From: an uncultured Dehalococcoidia bacterium
Lineage (GTDB): Bacteria > Chloroflexota > Dehalococcoidia > Lucifugimonadales > GCA-002694895
Direction of reading: 5' to 3'
DNA length: 36,344 bases
Assembly: GCA_964436345.1 (NCBI GenBank)
Contig: CAYTCC010000002.1
Span: 1-36,344, forward strand
Below the pieces are notes generated by a model. That model was not told the origin of the DNA. It saw nothing but the letters and a program-made list of their open reading frames with translations, and did no database searches. Position numbers and translations under genes: made by a program. Positions 20,034 to 27,976 of this stretch are shown here, one piece after another. Position 1 is the first letter of the stretch. Every line of letters begins with the position of its first letter.

Positions 20034-21245
20034 ATGGATATAGAATTTCAAGATATACTAAAGAAAGAGATTATCAGGCAAAACGAATCTATTGTTTTGA
20101 TAGCATCTGAAAATTATGCTAGTAAGTCTGTAAGAATTGCACAAGGTTCGATATTCACTAATAAATATGCTGAAGGCTATCCAGGAAAAAGATACTATGG
20201 AGGTTGTGAATATGTCGATCAGATAGAAATATTGGCAATTCAGCGTGCTAAAGAATTATTTGGTGCTGAGCATGTTAATGTACAACCTCACAGTGGAGCT
20301 CAGGCAAATATGGCAGTATATTCAGCAATATTTGATTCAAAGAGTACAATAATGTCACTACCACTTGATCATGGTGGGCATCTAACACATGGTTCAAAAG
20401 TGAATTTTTCTGGCAATTTATATAATTTTGAATTTTATAGTGTAGATAGAGAAACTGAGCAGATTGATTATGAAGCTTTAGAAAAACAGGCACAAAAAGT
20501 TAATCCACAGGCAATTTTATCTGGATTTACAGCTTATCCAAGAGAAATTGATTTTGAAAGAATAAAAAACATTTGCAAAAAAGTTGATTGCATGATGATT
20601 GTTGATATGGCACATATTTCGGGATTAATTGCAGCAAAATTACACAGTGATTGTGTGAAATATGCTGATGTTGTAACTAGCACCACCCATAAAACTTTAA
20701 GAGGACCTAGGGGAGGATTAATACTCTCTAAAAATATTTATGCTAAATCAATTGATAAAGCTGTTTTTCCAAATATTCAGGGCGGACCTATGATGCATAC
20801 TATTGGAGCAAAAGCAGTTGCTTTTGCAGAAGCAAGTACAAGTGAGTTTGTAAATTATCAAAAAAATGTAATTAGCAATGCTAAACAACTAGGAAAATTG
20901 TTATCAGACGCAGGACTTCGATTAGTTACTGGAGATACTGATACACATATGATATTAGTTGATGTTACTCCTTTTCAATTAACTGGAAAATTGGCTGAAG
21001 AAAAATTGGCAGAAGTTGGATTAATTGTGAATAGAAATACAATTCCTTATGATACTAATCCGCCTCGAGTAGCAAGTGGGATAAGAATAGGGACTCCTGC
21101 AATTTCTACACGCGGCATGAATGTTGAAGCGATTACTGTTATCGCTAATTGTATAATTGGAATATTAAAAGGGAAAGAAGAATCAAAATTAATAAAAAAT
21201 AAAGTAAAAGAATTAGCTAACAAATTTCCAATTAATCTTTCATAG
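20034..21245 (+). CDS. glyA: Serine hydroxymethyltransferase
   Basis: 403 aa. LIASENYAS, YAEGYPGKRYYGGCE, VQPHSGAQANMAVY, and the PLP lysine in TSTTHKTLRGPRGG. Confidence 0.95.
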   Translation: MDIEFQDILKKEIIRQNESIVLIASENYASKSVRIAQGSIFTNKYAEGYPGKRYYGGCEYVDQIEILAIQRAKELFGAEHVNVQPHSGAQANMAVYSAIFDSKSTIMSLPLDHGGHLTHGSKVNFSGNLYNFEFYSVDRETEQIDYEALEKQAQKVNPQAILSGFTAYPREIDFERIKNICKKVDCMMIVDMAHISGLIAAKLHSDCVKYADVVTSTTHKTLRGPRGGLILSKNIYAKSIDKAVFPNIQGGPMMHTIGAKAVAFAEASTSEFVNYQKNVISNAKQLGKLLSDAGLRLVTGDTDTHMILVDVTPFQLTGKLAEEKLAEVGLIVNRNTIPYDTNPPRVASGIRIGTPAISTRGMNVEAITVIANCIIGILKGKEESKLIKNKVKELANKFPINLS

Positions 21246-21750
21246 ATTTCTGTTTTTGCTCGTTTTTTATCATTTTAGTATTTTTTAAAGGGCCTTGTTT
21301 GATTAAGTTTTTTATTTCACTAGTGTAATTATTCCAAAAAAATGTTTTAACTTTTGTTATTCCGGCATCTATGTAAATTGCTCCAATTAATGCTTCAAAG
21401 CAATTTGATAACATTGCATCAGTGATTCCTACTCTGTTTTGACCTTTACTTACTTTGATATGGTTTTCAAGCGAGAGTTTTTTTGCAAATTTTGTAAATG
21501 TTTCATTTGAAATTATATTGGATCTGATTATTGAAAAATCTCCACTATTTTTATTGATTCCCAAATTTTTATATAAATGTACTGTGATTATGAAGTACAT
21601 AACTGAATCACCGACAAATTCAAGAATTTCATTGGATTCTAGAAATTCATTTTCAAATCTTAGTGATGAATGTGTTAATGCTGATTCAAGTAATTTGGGA
21701 TTTTTAAATGTTAGCCCTAATTTTTTTTCTATTTCAAAGTATTCATTCAT
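21232..21750 (-). CDS. rnc: Ribonuclease III catalytic domain protein without a dsRNA-binding domain
   Basis: 172 aa. Canonical Rnc N-terminus FKNPKLLESALTHSS, signature LEFVGDSV, and later FEALIGAIYID. Only about 22 residues follow the nuclease domain, so there is no room for a roughly 70-aa dsRBD. The 3' end overlaps glyA by 14 nt. Confidence 0.75.
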   Translation of the reverse strand: MNEYFEIEKKLGLTFKNPKLLESALTHSSLRFENEFLESNEILEFVGDSVMYFIITVHLYKNLGINKNSGDFSIIRSNIISNETFTKFAKKLSLENHIKVSKGQNRVGITDAMLSNCFEALIGAIYIDAGITKVKTFFWNNYTSEIKNLIKQGPLKNTKMIKNEQKQKSMKD

Positions 21751-21845
21751 TTATTGCATTGTACATGTAATTAATATTTTGATAAATTATTTATTAACCA
21801 TGAATAATTAAATTTATTTTAATTGCCAATTTGTAGGAGGATATA

Positions 21846-22892
21846 ATGTCAAAAATATGCGCGGAATATATTTGGATAGACGGCACAACACCCACACCTC
21901 AATTAAGATCGAAAACCAAAGTGTTAAAAAAAGAAGAAATTTTAACAATGGGAACATCTTCTATGGGAGCGGATAGATTAGCTATATGGGGTTTTGATGG
22001 ATCCAGTACAAATCAAGCTGAAGGAGCTAGTTCTGACTGTGTTTTGAATCCAGTATTTATTTGCCCTGATCCAATTAGAGGTGGAGACAATATACTTGTT
22101 CTTTGTGAAGTTTTGAACCCGGATATGACTCCACATTCAACTAATACAAGAAAAGAGACAGAATTAATTTCAGAAAAATACAAAACACAAGAAGGTTGGT
22201 TTGGTATTGAGCAGGAATATACTATGTTGGATCCTATTACAAATCAACCAATCGGATTTCCCGAAGAAGGATTTCCCGAACCTCAAGGTCCTTATTATTG
22301 CAGTGTAGGTCCTTCATGGATATTTGGCAGAGATATGGCTGAAGAACATCTTGAAATGTGCATGGATGCAGGATTAGCTATTTCAGGAATTAATGCGGAA
22401 GTAATGCCTGGTCAATGGGAATTTCAAATAGGGCCGGTTTCAGCATTAGAAGTAAGTGATCAACTTTGGGTAGCAAGATGGTTGTTATTTAGAGTAGGTG
22501 AAATGCATGGTATTCATCCATCTCTTGATCCAAAACCTGTAGCTGGTGATTGGAATGGAGCAGGAGCTCATACCAATTTTTCGACTAAAGCTATGAGAGA
22601 AAATTATAATGCAATCATAGCTGGATGTGAGGCATTATCTGGGGAACATAACTTGCATATAAAAAATTACGGTGATGGAAATGAAAGAAGATTAACAGGC
22701 TTACATGAGACACAGTCAATAGATAAATTTACCTATGGAGCTTCTGACAGGGGAGCATCTGTTCGTATTCCTTGGCAAGTAGAGAAAGATCAAAAAGGAT
22801 ATTTAGAAGATAGAAGGCCGTCTGCAAACATGGATCCTTATACAGTGACAAAACTACTATTAGACACAATTTGTTCAAAAGAGCCTCAGTAA
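21846..22892 (+). CDS. glnII: Glutamine synthetase type II (eukaryote-like GSII)
   Basis: 348 aa. AEYIWIDG, FDGSSTNQA, GIEQEYT, EVMPGQWEFQIGP, GDWNGAGAHTNFS. AGGAGG RBS 6 nt upstream of the ATG. Confidence 0.9.
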   Translation: MSKICAEYIWIDGTTPTPQLRSKTKVLKKEEILTMGTSSMGADRLAIWGFDGSSTNQAEGASSDCVLNPVFICPDPIRGGDNILVLCEVLNPDMTPHSTNTRKETELISEKYKTQEGWFGIEQEYTMLDPITNQPIGFPEEGFPEPQGPYYCSVGPSWIFGRDMAEEHLEMCMDAGLAISGINAEVMPGQWEFQIGPVSALEVSDQLWVARWLLFRVGEMHGIHPSLDPKPVAGDWNGAGAHTNFSTKAMRENYNAIIAGCEALSGEHNLHIKNYGDGNERRLTGLHETQSIDKFTYGASDRGASVRIPWQVEKDQKGYLEDRRPSANMDPYTVTKLLLDTICSKEPQ

Positions 22893-22968
22893 TTGTATTG
22901 ATTTCATTGCAATTCTAATAAGTAAATTTATATAATTAATTTAATATAATAAGATAAGGGAGTTTCAA

Positions 22969-23892
22969 ATGGCTTTAAAATCTGGAAGTAAGAAAGTTTC
23001 ATCTGATAAATCTAAGACTGGAACCTGGAAAGTGAAAGCAGGATTGGCTCAGATGTTGAAAGGTGGAGTAATTATGGATGTTGTTACACCTGATCAAGCA
23101 AAAATTGCAGAAGATGCAGGGGCATGTTCTGTTATGGCATTAGAACGAGTCCCATCAGATATAAGGAAAGATGGCGGTGTTGCTAGAATGTCAGATCCAA
23201 GTATGATTGCGGGAATTATTGATGCTGTTACTATACCTGTTATGGCAAAAGCACGTATAGGGCACTTTGTTGAAGCTCAAATTCTTGAAGAAATGGGTGT
23301 TGATTACATTGATGAATCAGAAGTTCTAACACCTGCTGATGAAAATAACCATATAAATAAACATGATTTTAAAGTACCTTTTGTTTGTGGATGCAGAGAT
23401 CTTGGTGAAGCTTTACGTAGAATAGGTGAAGGCGCAGCAATGATTCGTACAAAAGGTGAAGCTGGCACAGGAAATGTTGTTGAGGCAGTAAGACATGCGA
23501 GAGCAGTGCTTGGAGAAGTTAAAAGAATTCAAACAATGGATGCTACAGAATTAATGGCACTTGCAAGAGATTTAAAAGCTCCGTATGAATTAATTAAAGA
23601 AATTCATGATTCTGGTAAATTACCAGTAGTTAATTTTTCAGCGGGCGGGATTGCTTCTCCTGCTGATGCAGCATTAATGATGCAGATAGGTGTTGAAGGA
23701 GTTTTTGTAGGATCAGGAATTTTTAAATCAGAAAATCCATCTCACATGGCCAAAGCAATTGTAAAAGCAACAACACACTATAATGATCCTGAAATGTTAG
23801 TAGAAATCTCAAAAGGGCTTGGATCTTCAATGCCAGGGCTTGATGTACGAACTATGCCTGAAGATCAGAAATTGGCACAGAGAGGTTGGTGA
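22969..23892 (+). CDS. pdxS: Pyridoxal 5'-phosphate synthase lyase subunit PdxS
   Basis: 307 aa. [46 protein letters not shown], and a C-terminal ...QRGW. Confidence 0.95.
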   Translation: MALKSGSKKVSSDKSKTGTWKVKAGLAQMLKGGVIMDVVTPDQAKIAEDAGACSVMALERVPSDIRKDGGVARMSDPSMIAGIIDAVTIPVMAKARIGHFVEAQILEEMGVDYIDESEVLTPADENNHINKHDFKVPFVCGCRDLGEALRRIGEGAAMIRTKGEAGTGNVVEAVRHARAVLGEVKRIQTMDATELMALARDLKAPYELIKEIHDSGKLPVVNFSAGGIASPADAALMMQIGVEGVFVGSGIFKSENPSHMAKAIVKATTHYNDPEMLVEISKGLGSSMPGLDVRTMPEDQKLAQRGW

Positions 23893-23896
23893 AGAT

Positions 23897-24469
23897 TTGC
23901 ATATAGGTGTTTTAGCTCTTCAGGGAGACTATGCCGAACATATAAATATGCTGCACTCAAATAATGCTGATGTTTCTGAAATAAGGTTGCCGTCTCAGTT
24001 GGATGATGTAGACGGACTCATAATTCCAGGTGGCGAAAGCACAACTATTGTTCAACTTATAGATATATATGATTTTAGAGCTGAATTAGTTGAGAAAGCC
24101 TCTCAAGGATTCCCTATTTGGGGTACTTGCGCCGGAATGATTGTTATGGCAAGAGAATTAACCGATCATAGGCCAGAACCTTTAAATTTAATGAATATAA
24201 AAGTAAGTAGAAATGCTTTCGGGAGACAAATAGATAGCTTTGAAGAAGATTTAACTATTAAAGGAATTGATGGGAAATTCCCTGCAGTATTTATCAGAGC
24301 ACCTTTAGTAGTAGAAAATGATTCAAATGTTGATATATTGTGCTCTATAGATAACCCTTCAGGTCCCGTAGCAGTTCAACAGGGTAAATTGTTAGCTACA
24401 TCTTTTCATCCAGAATTAACTAATGATACTAGAATGCATGAATATTTTTTATCAATAGTAAAAATGTAG
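23897..24469 (+). CDS. pdxT: Pyridoxal 5'-phosphate synthase glutaminase subunit PdxT
   Basis: The tracked ORF (23819..) runs 74 nt into pdxS. PdxT proteins begin MxIGVLALQG, so the start is most likely TTG at 23897 (giving MHIGVLALQGDY), 5 nt after the pdxS stop, with GAGG upstream. The catalytic GTCAG and the FHPE motif are present. Confidence 0.85.
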   Translation: MHIGVLALQGDYAEHINMLHSNNADVSEIRLPSQLDDVDGLIIPGGESTTIVQLIDIYDFRAELVEKASQGFPIWGTCAGMIVMARELTDHRPEPLNLMNIKVSRNAFGRQIDSFEEDLTIKGIDGKFPAVFIRAPLVVENDSNVDILCSIDNPSGPVAVQQGKLLATSFHPELTNDTRMHEYFLSIVKM

Positions 24470-24473
24470 TTCG

Positions 24474-25997
24474 GTGGAAAAAGAATTAAATTTATTAATT
24501 AAAATATTACCTAAATATCTTTATGAAGTTTTTTCTAGTCATAACAATGTAGATAATCTCAATGAAATTGTCCTAGATTTTGGAAGGCCCCCTGAAGCAA
24601 GATTTACAGATGGCTCAGAAATATTTTATGATCATGAAATATCCATTGAAGATTTAGAATATGTTCAAAAAGGCTTGGGTAAGTTTATGCCTGACAATCG
24701 CTCAGGCATTGAAAGAACTCTTCATCGAATTTCTGCTATAAGAAATAGAGACGATAAAATTATAGGATTGACATTGAGAGTAGGCAGAGCGATTGAGGGT
24801 GCTATAGATATTATTCGGGATATTGTTCAAAAAGGAGAAAGTGTTTTAATTTTAGGACCTCCAGGAGTTGGTAAAACCACAATGTTACGAGAGGTTGCAA
24901 AATTTTTAGCAGACGAAATGAATAAACGAGTCATAATTGTAGATACATCTAACGAAATTGCCGGAGATGGTGATATACCTCATCCTGCGATAGGTAATGC
25001 AAGAAGAATGCAAGTAAATTCACCTACAATGCAGCATTCGGTAATGATAGAAGCTGTAGAAAATCATATGCCAGAAGTTATTGTTATCGATGAAATAGGA
25101 ACTAATGAAGACGCTATGGCTGCTAGAACTATTGCCGAAAGAGGCGTTCAATTAATCGGCACAGCTCATGGGAATAATTTGGATAATTTAATTTTAAATC
25201 CTACTTTATCCGATTTGATTGGAGGAATAGATGCAGTGACTTTGGGTGATGATGAAGCTAGAAGAAGAAAAACTCAGAAAACTATATTAGAAAGAAAAGC
25301 CCCCCCTACATTTAGTAGTTTAGTTGAAATTAAAGGATTCAATCATGTTTTAATTCATGAAAAATTAGATTTGGTTGTTGATAGATTGTTGAGAGGGATG
25401 CCTATAAAGCCAGATGAAAGGAAAATAAGTAGCGAGGGTAAATTAGAAATATTAGAAAATAAAAAATATAATAATAACGCGAGTGTTAATTATTATCCTT
25501 CAGTAGTAAGCAAGAGACAAGGAAATGTTGCAAAAAATATTTCTGTTTATCCATATGGAGTAAATAAAGGTAAATTAGAAACTGCATCTAAAGAAATAGG
25601 CATAAATGTTTCAATTGCTCATAATTTACAAGATGCAGAATTTATTGTTACCACTAAAAACTTTTATAAAAAAAGAACAAAATTCTTAATTGAAGCACAT
25701 AAAAGTAATATCCCTTTATATGTAATAAGAAAAAATACTTTAAATCAAATAGTTAGTTTGTTGAGTACGTTAAAAAAGCAATCTATTCACACATTAAATT
25801 TAGATGACTCTGCGTTGAAAGAAGCTGAGGGAACTGCATTAGAGTTAAGCCAATCAGATAATATTTCTAAATTGGAATTATCTCCTCAAAGTGCATATAT
25901 TAGAAAAATGCAGCATAACATTGCAGAAAAATATGGATTAACATCAGCTAGTAAAGATGTTGGGGTATCAAGAAGAGTAGTATATTTTAAAAATTAA
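24474..25997 (+). CDS. AAA ATPase with C-terminal R3H nucleic-acid-binding domain (SpoIIIAA/Ycf45-like); function unknown
   Basis: 507 aa, GTG start. Walker A GPPGVGKTT, Walker B VIVIDEIG, GTAHG sensor, and a C-terminal R3H motif (IRKMQHNIAEKYGLTSAS...RRVVYF). Confidence 0.75.
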   Translation: MEKELNLLIKILPKYLYEVFSSHNNVDNLNEIVLDFGRPPEARFTDGSEIFYDHEISIEDLEYVQKGLGKFMPDNRSGIERTLHRISAIRNRDDKIIGLTLRVGRAIEGAIDIIRDIVQKGESVLILGPPGVGKTTMLREVAKFLADEMNKRVIIVDTSNEIAGDGDIPHPAIGNARRMQVNSPTMQHSVMIEAVENHMPEVIVIDEIGTNEDAMAARTIAERGVQLIGTAHGNNLDNLILNPTLSDLIGGIDAVTLGDDEARRRKTQKTILERKAPPTFSSLVEIKGFNHVLIHEKLDLVVDRLLRGMPIKPDERKISSEGKLEILENKKYNNNASVNYYPSVVSKRQGNVAKNISVYPYGVNKGKLETASKEIGINVSIAHNLQDAEFIVTTKNFYKKRTKFLIEAHKSNIPLYVIRKNTLNQIVSLLSTLKKQSIHTLNLDDSALKEAEGTALELSQSDNISKLELSPQSAYIRKMQHNIAEKYGLTSASKDVGVSRRVVYFKN

Positions 25998-26011
25998 AAA
26001 AGGTTAATTTA

Positions 26012-26623
26012 TTGAGTTTATTCATTGTATTAGAAGGATTAGACGGATCTGGCAAGTCAACTCAGCAACAATTATTAAATGACAAATTGCAATCTGATAA
26101 AATTTCTAGCATTTCATTTAGAGAACCTGGAAGTACAATCATTGGTGATAAAATTGTGGAAATCTTACAATCTGATCAAAAATTATCTCCACTTTCAGAA
26201 TTATTACTTTTTTATGTTTCAAGATCAGCTATTATTGAAGAAAAAATAAAACCTGCATTAGATAATTATGATGTTGTTATATGTGATAGATATTTTTATT
26301 CATCAATTGCATATCAAGGTTATGGTAGAGGAATGAATATTAATTTTATAAATCAAATAAATGATGAAGTAGTAAAACATATTATTCCTGATTTAATATT
26401 CTATATGGATATAAATTGGGAAGAAAAGAAAAACCGTAAAGGTATAAATATAAAAGATAGATTTGAAAAGGAAGATCGTATTTTCCATGAAAAAGTAAGG
26501 AATGGGTATAAATCTTTGGCTAAAAAAGATTCTGATAAATGGAAAATCATAAATGCAGAAGAAGATGTTAACAAGATTTCATCATATATTTATGAAACTG
26601 TTAAGTATAATCTTAATATTTAA
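26012..26623 (+). CDS. tmk: Thymidylate kinase
   Basis: 203 aa, TTG start. P-loop LEGLDGSGKSTQ, plus DRYFYSSIAYQG. Confidence 0.9.
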   Translation: MSLFIVLEGLDGSGKSTQQQLLNDKLQSDKISSISFREPGSTIIGDKIVEILQSDQKLSPLSELLLFYVSRSAIIEEKIKPALDNYDVVICDRYFYSSIAYQGYGRGMNINFINQINDEVVKHIIPDLIFYMDINWEEKKNRKGINIKDRFEKEDRIFHEKVRNGYKSLAKKDSDKWKIINAEEDVNKISSYIYETVKYNLNI

Positions 26624-27774
26624 TAAGAATTAAAATATTCGCCAATTTGATTGGATGCATTAATTAAAATATCATCAGATTTTGCAAAGCATAATCTGAT
26701 CAATTTACTTTTTTTCAATTCTTTAGTATTTTTATTGTAAAATACACTGATTGGTATTCCTGTTACTTTTGCATTTTTAATCAGCTCTATACAAAATTCC
26801 TCTGGTTGAAATTTTGGAAACTTTTCTTCATATGACATATTGATAAAATAAGTTGATTCTGGAAGGTACGTAACTACATTATTATTTATTAAATTGTTAT
26901 AAATTAAATCTCTTTTCGTTTGAAAAGCATTTCTCAGATTTTCATAGTATATTTTTGGTTTTGTATAGGCATATGCTATTGCTTCTTGTAAATTAGGAGG
27001 AACAGTAAATGTGATAAATTGATGAGTTCCAGCGACCTTGTCAATTAGTTCTTTACAACCTATTGCAAACCCAATTTTCCAACCAGTCAGTGAAAATGTT
27101 TTGCCTGCAGAACCGATTTTGATTACTCTTTCTTCCATGCCAGGTAATGATATAACAGGTATATGTTTTTTGTTGTCAAATACAATATGTTCATGAACTT
27201 CATCTGAAATGATGATCATATCATTCTCAATTACTATTTTTGATAAATCTTTTAGTTCATCCAAACTAAACATTTTTCCAAGAGGATTCATTGGGTTGTT
27301 GAGTATTATGAGTTTACTTTTTTTTGTTATAAAAGGTTTTAATATATCATATGAAAATTTCCATTCAGGAGATTCAAGTGGAACACATATTGCGATACCT
27401 CCAGCCTTTTCTACTATCGGCTTATAAGAATCATAAGCAGGTTCAAAAATTATAGCTTCATCTCCTGGAGTAATGTTGCTGAGTATAGAAGATGCTAAAG
27501 CTTCAGTTGCTCCATTAGTAATAAGGATTTCATTATTCCAATCAAATTCTAATTTGTAATGATCATTCAAATGTTTTGAAATATTTTTTCTTAAACTTTC
27601 TAACCCTTTCATTGGTGGATATTGATTACTAATAGTATTAAGAGCTTCCGCCGCTTTATGTATTATGTCGATTGGTCCATCTTCGTCAGGAAATCCTTGC
27701 CCTAAATTTATAGCGTTATTTTTAATGGAAAGCTCAGTCATTTTTTGAAAAATTGTGGTTTCTTCTTTTTTCAT
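26620..27774 (-). CDS. Class I/II PLP aminotransferase, YbdL/methionine aminotransferase (kynurenine-aminotransferase-like) family
   Basis: 384 aa. NLGQGFPDEDGP, QYPPMKGL, EPAYDSY, NNPMNPLGKMF, SDEVHEHIVFD, and the PLP lysine in SAGKTFSLTGWKIGF. It shares a TTAA stop with tmk. Confidence 0.85.
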   Translation of the reverse strand: MKKEETTIFQKMTELSIKNNAINLGQGFPDEDGPIDIIHKAAEALNTISNQYPPMKGLESLRKNISKHLNDHYKLEFDWNNEILITNGATEALASSILSNITPGDEAIIFEPAYDSYKPIVEKAGGIAICVPLESPEWKFSYDILKPFITKKSKLIILNNPMNPLGKMFSLDELKDLSKIVIENDMIIISDEVHEHIVFDNKKHIPVISLPGMEERVIKIGSAGKTFSLTGWKIGFAIGCKELIDKVAGTHQFITFTVPPNLQEAIAYAYTKPKIYYENLRNAFQTKRDLIYNNLINNNVVTYLPESTYFINMSYEEKFPKFQPEEFCIELIKNAKVTGIPISVFYNKNTKELKKSKLIRLCFAKSDDILINASNQIGEYFNSY

Positions 27775-27799
27775 ATTTTTTGTGTTATTTAATTTTTCT

Positions 27800-27828
27800 A
27801 AAAAAAAATCTCTCCTAAAGAGAGATTT
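27800..27828 (-). terminator. Intrinsic terminator (SAM riboswitch expression platform; also ends the eno-gap transcript)
   Basis: Minus strand reads AAAUCUCUC-UUUAG-GAGAGAUUU followed by a U-run (9 consecutive A on the plus strand, 27800-27808, the first three shared with the stem). The upstream GUGAGAG (plus 27841-27847) can pair with CUCUC as an antiterminator. Confidence 0.6.
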
Positions 27829-27837
27829 TATAATGTT

Positions 27838-27943
27838 TACCTCTCACAAGGTCACGTATGATCTGGGGCACCTTTTCACCAAGGTTGCCAGACAGGATTT
27901 TTGGCCCAGTCGCCTAACCTGTCATTCTCAACGAATGTCTGAC
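27838..27943 (-). promoter_or_regulatory. Probable SAM riboswitch aptamer of the SAM-I clan (SAM-I / SAM-IV / SAM-I-IV); subtype unresolved
   Basis: Minus strand reads ...GAGAAU-GACAGG-UUA-GGC-GACUGG-GCC-AAAAAU-CCUGUC-U-GGCAACC-UUGGUGAAAA-GGUGCC-CCAGA-UCAU.... The GGCAACC...GGUGCC P3 helix and the ACUGG(G)CC P2 loop match the conserved SAM-I core (compare the T. tengcongensis aptamer: GGGACUGGCCC...GGCAACCAGAAAUGGUGCC). GGUGCCCC resembles SAM-IV. It lies upstream of a methionine-aminotransferase-like gene. P1 and P4 could not be drawn cleanly by eye. Confidence 0.55.
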
Positions 27944-27976
27944 TAATTTAACATATATTTATTACAAATTCTAGAG

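Noticed and set aside
21762-21769. The palindrome TACATGTA upstream of glnII, considered as a possible NtcA, TnrA or GlnR site.
   Set aside because: It does not fit GTA-N8-TAC (NtcA), TGTNA-N7-TNACA (TnrA/GlnR of Bacillus) or the actinobacterial GlnR box spacing. It is only 8 nt long.
23819-23896. An apparent 74-nt coding overlap between pdxS and the long form of the pdxT ORF ([10 protein letters not shown]...).
   Set aside because: The extra N-terminal 26 residues have no counterpart in PdxT proteins, which start MxIGVLALQG. A TTG at 23897 with an upstream GAGG gives exactly that N-terminus just after the pdxS stop. The overlap is an artefact of ORF extension.
27755-27946. A 63-aa plus-strand ORF spanning the gap-aminotransferase spacer.
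   Set aside because: It lies antisense to the riboswitch and terminator structure. It has no RBS and no family resemblance, and the region is better explained as structured RNA.
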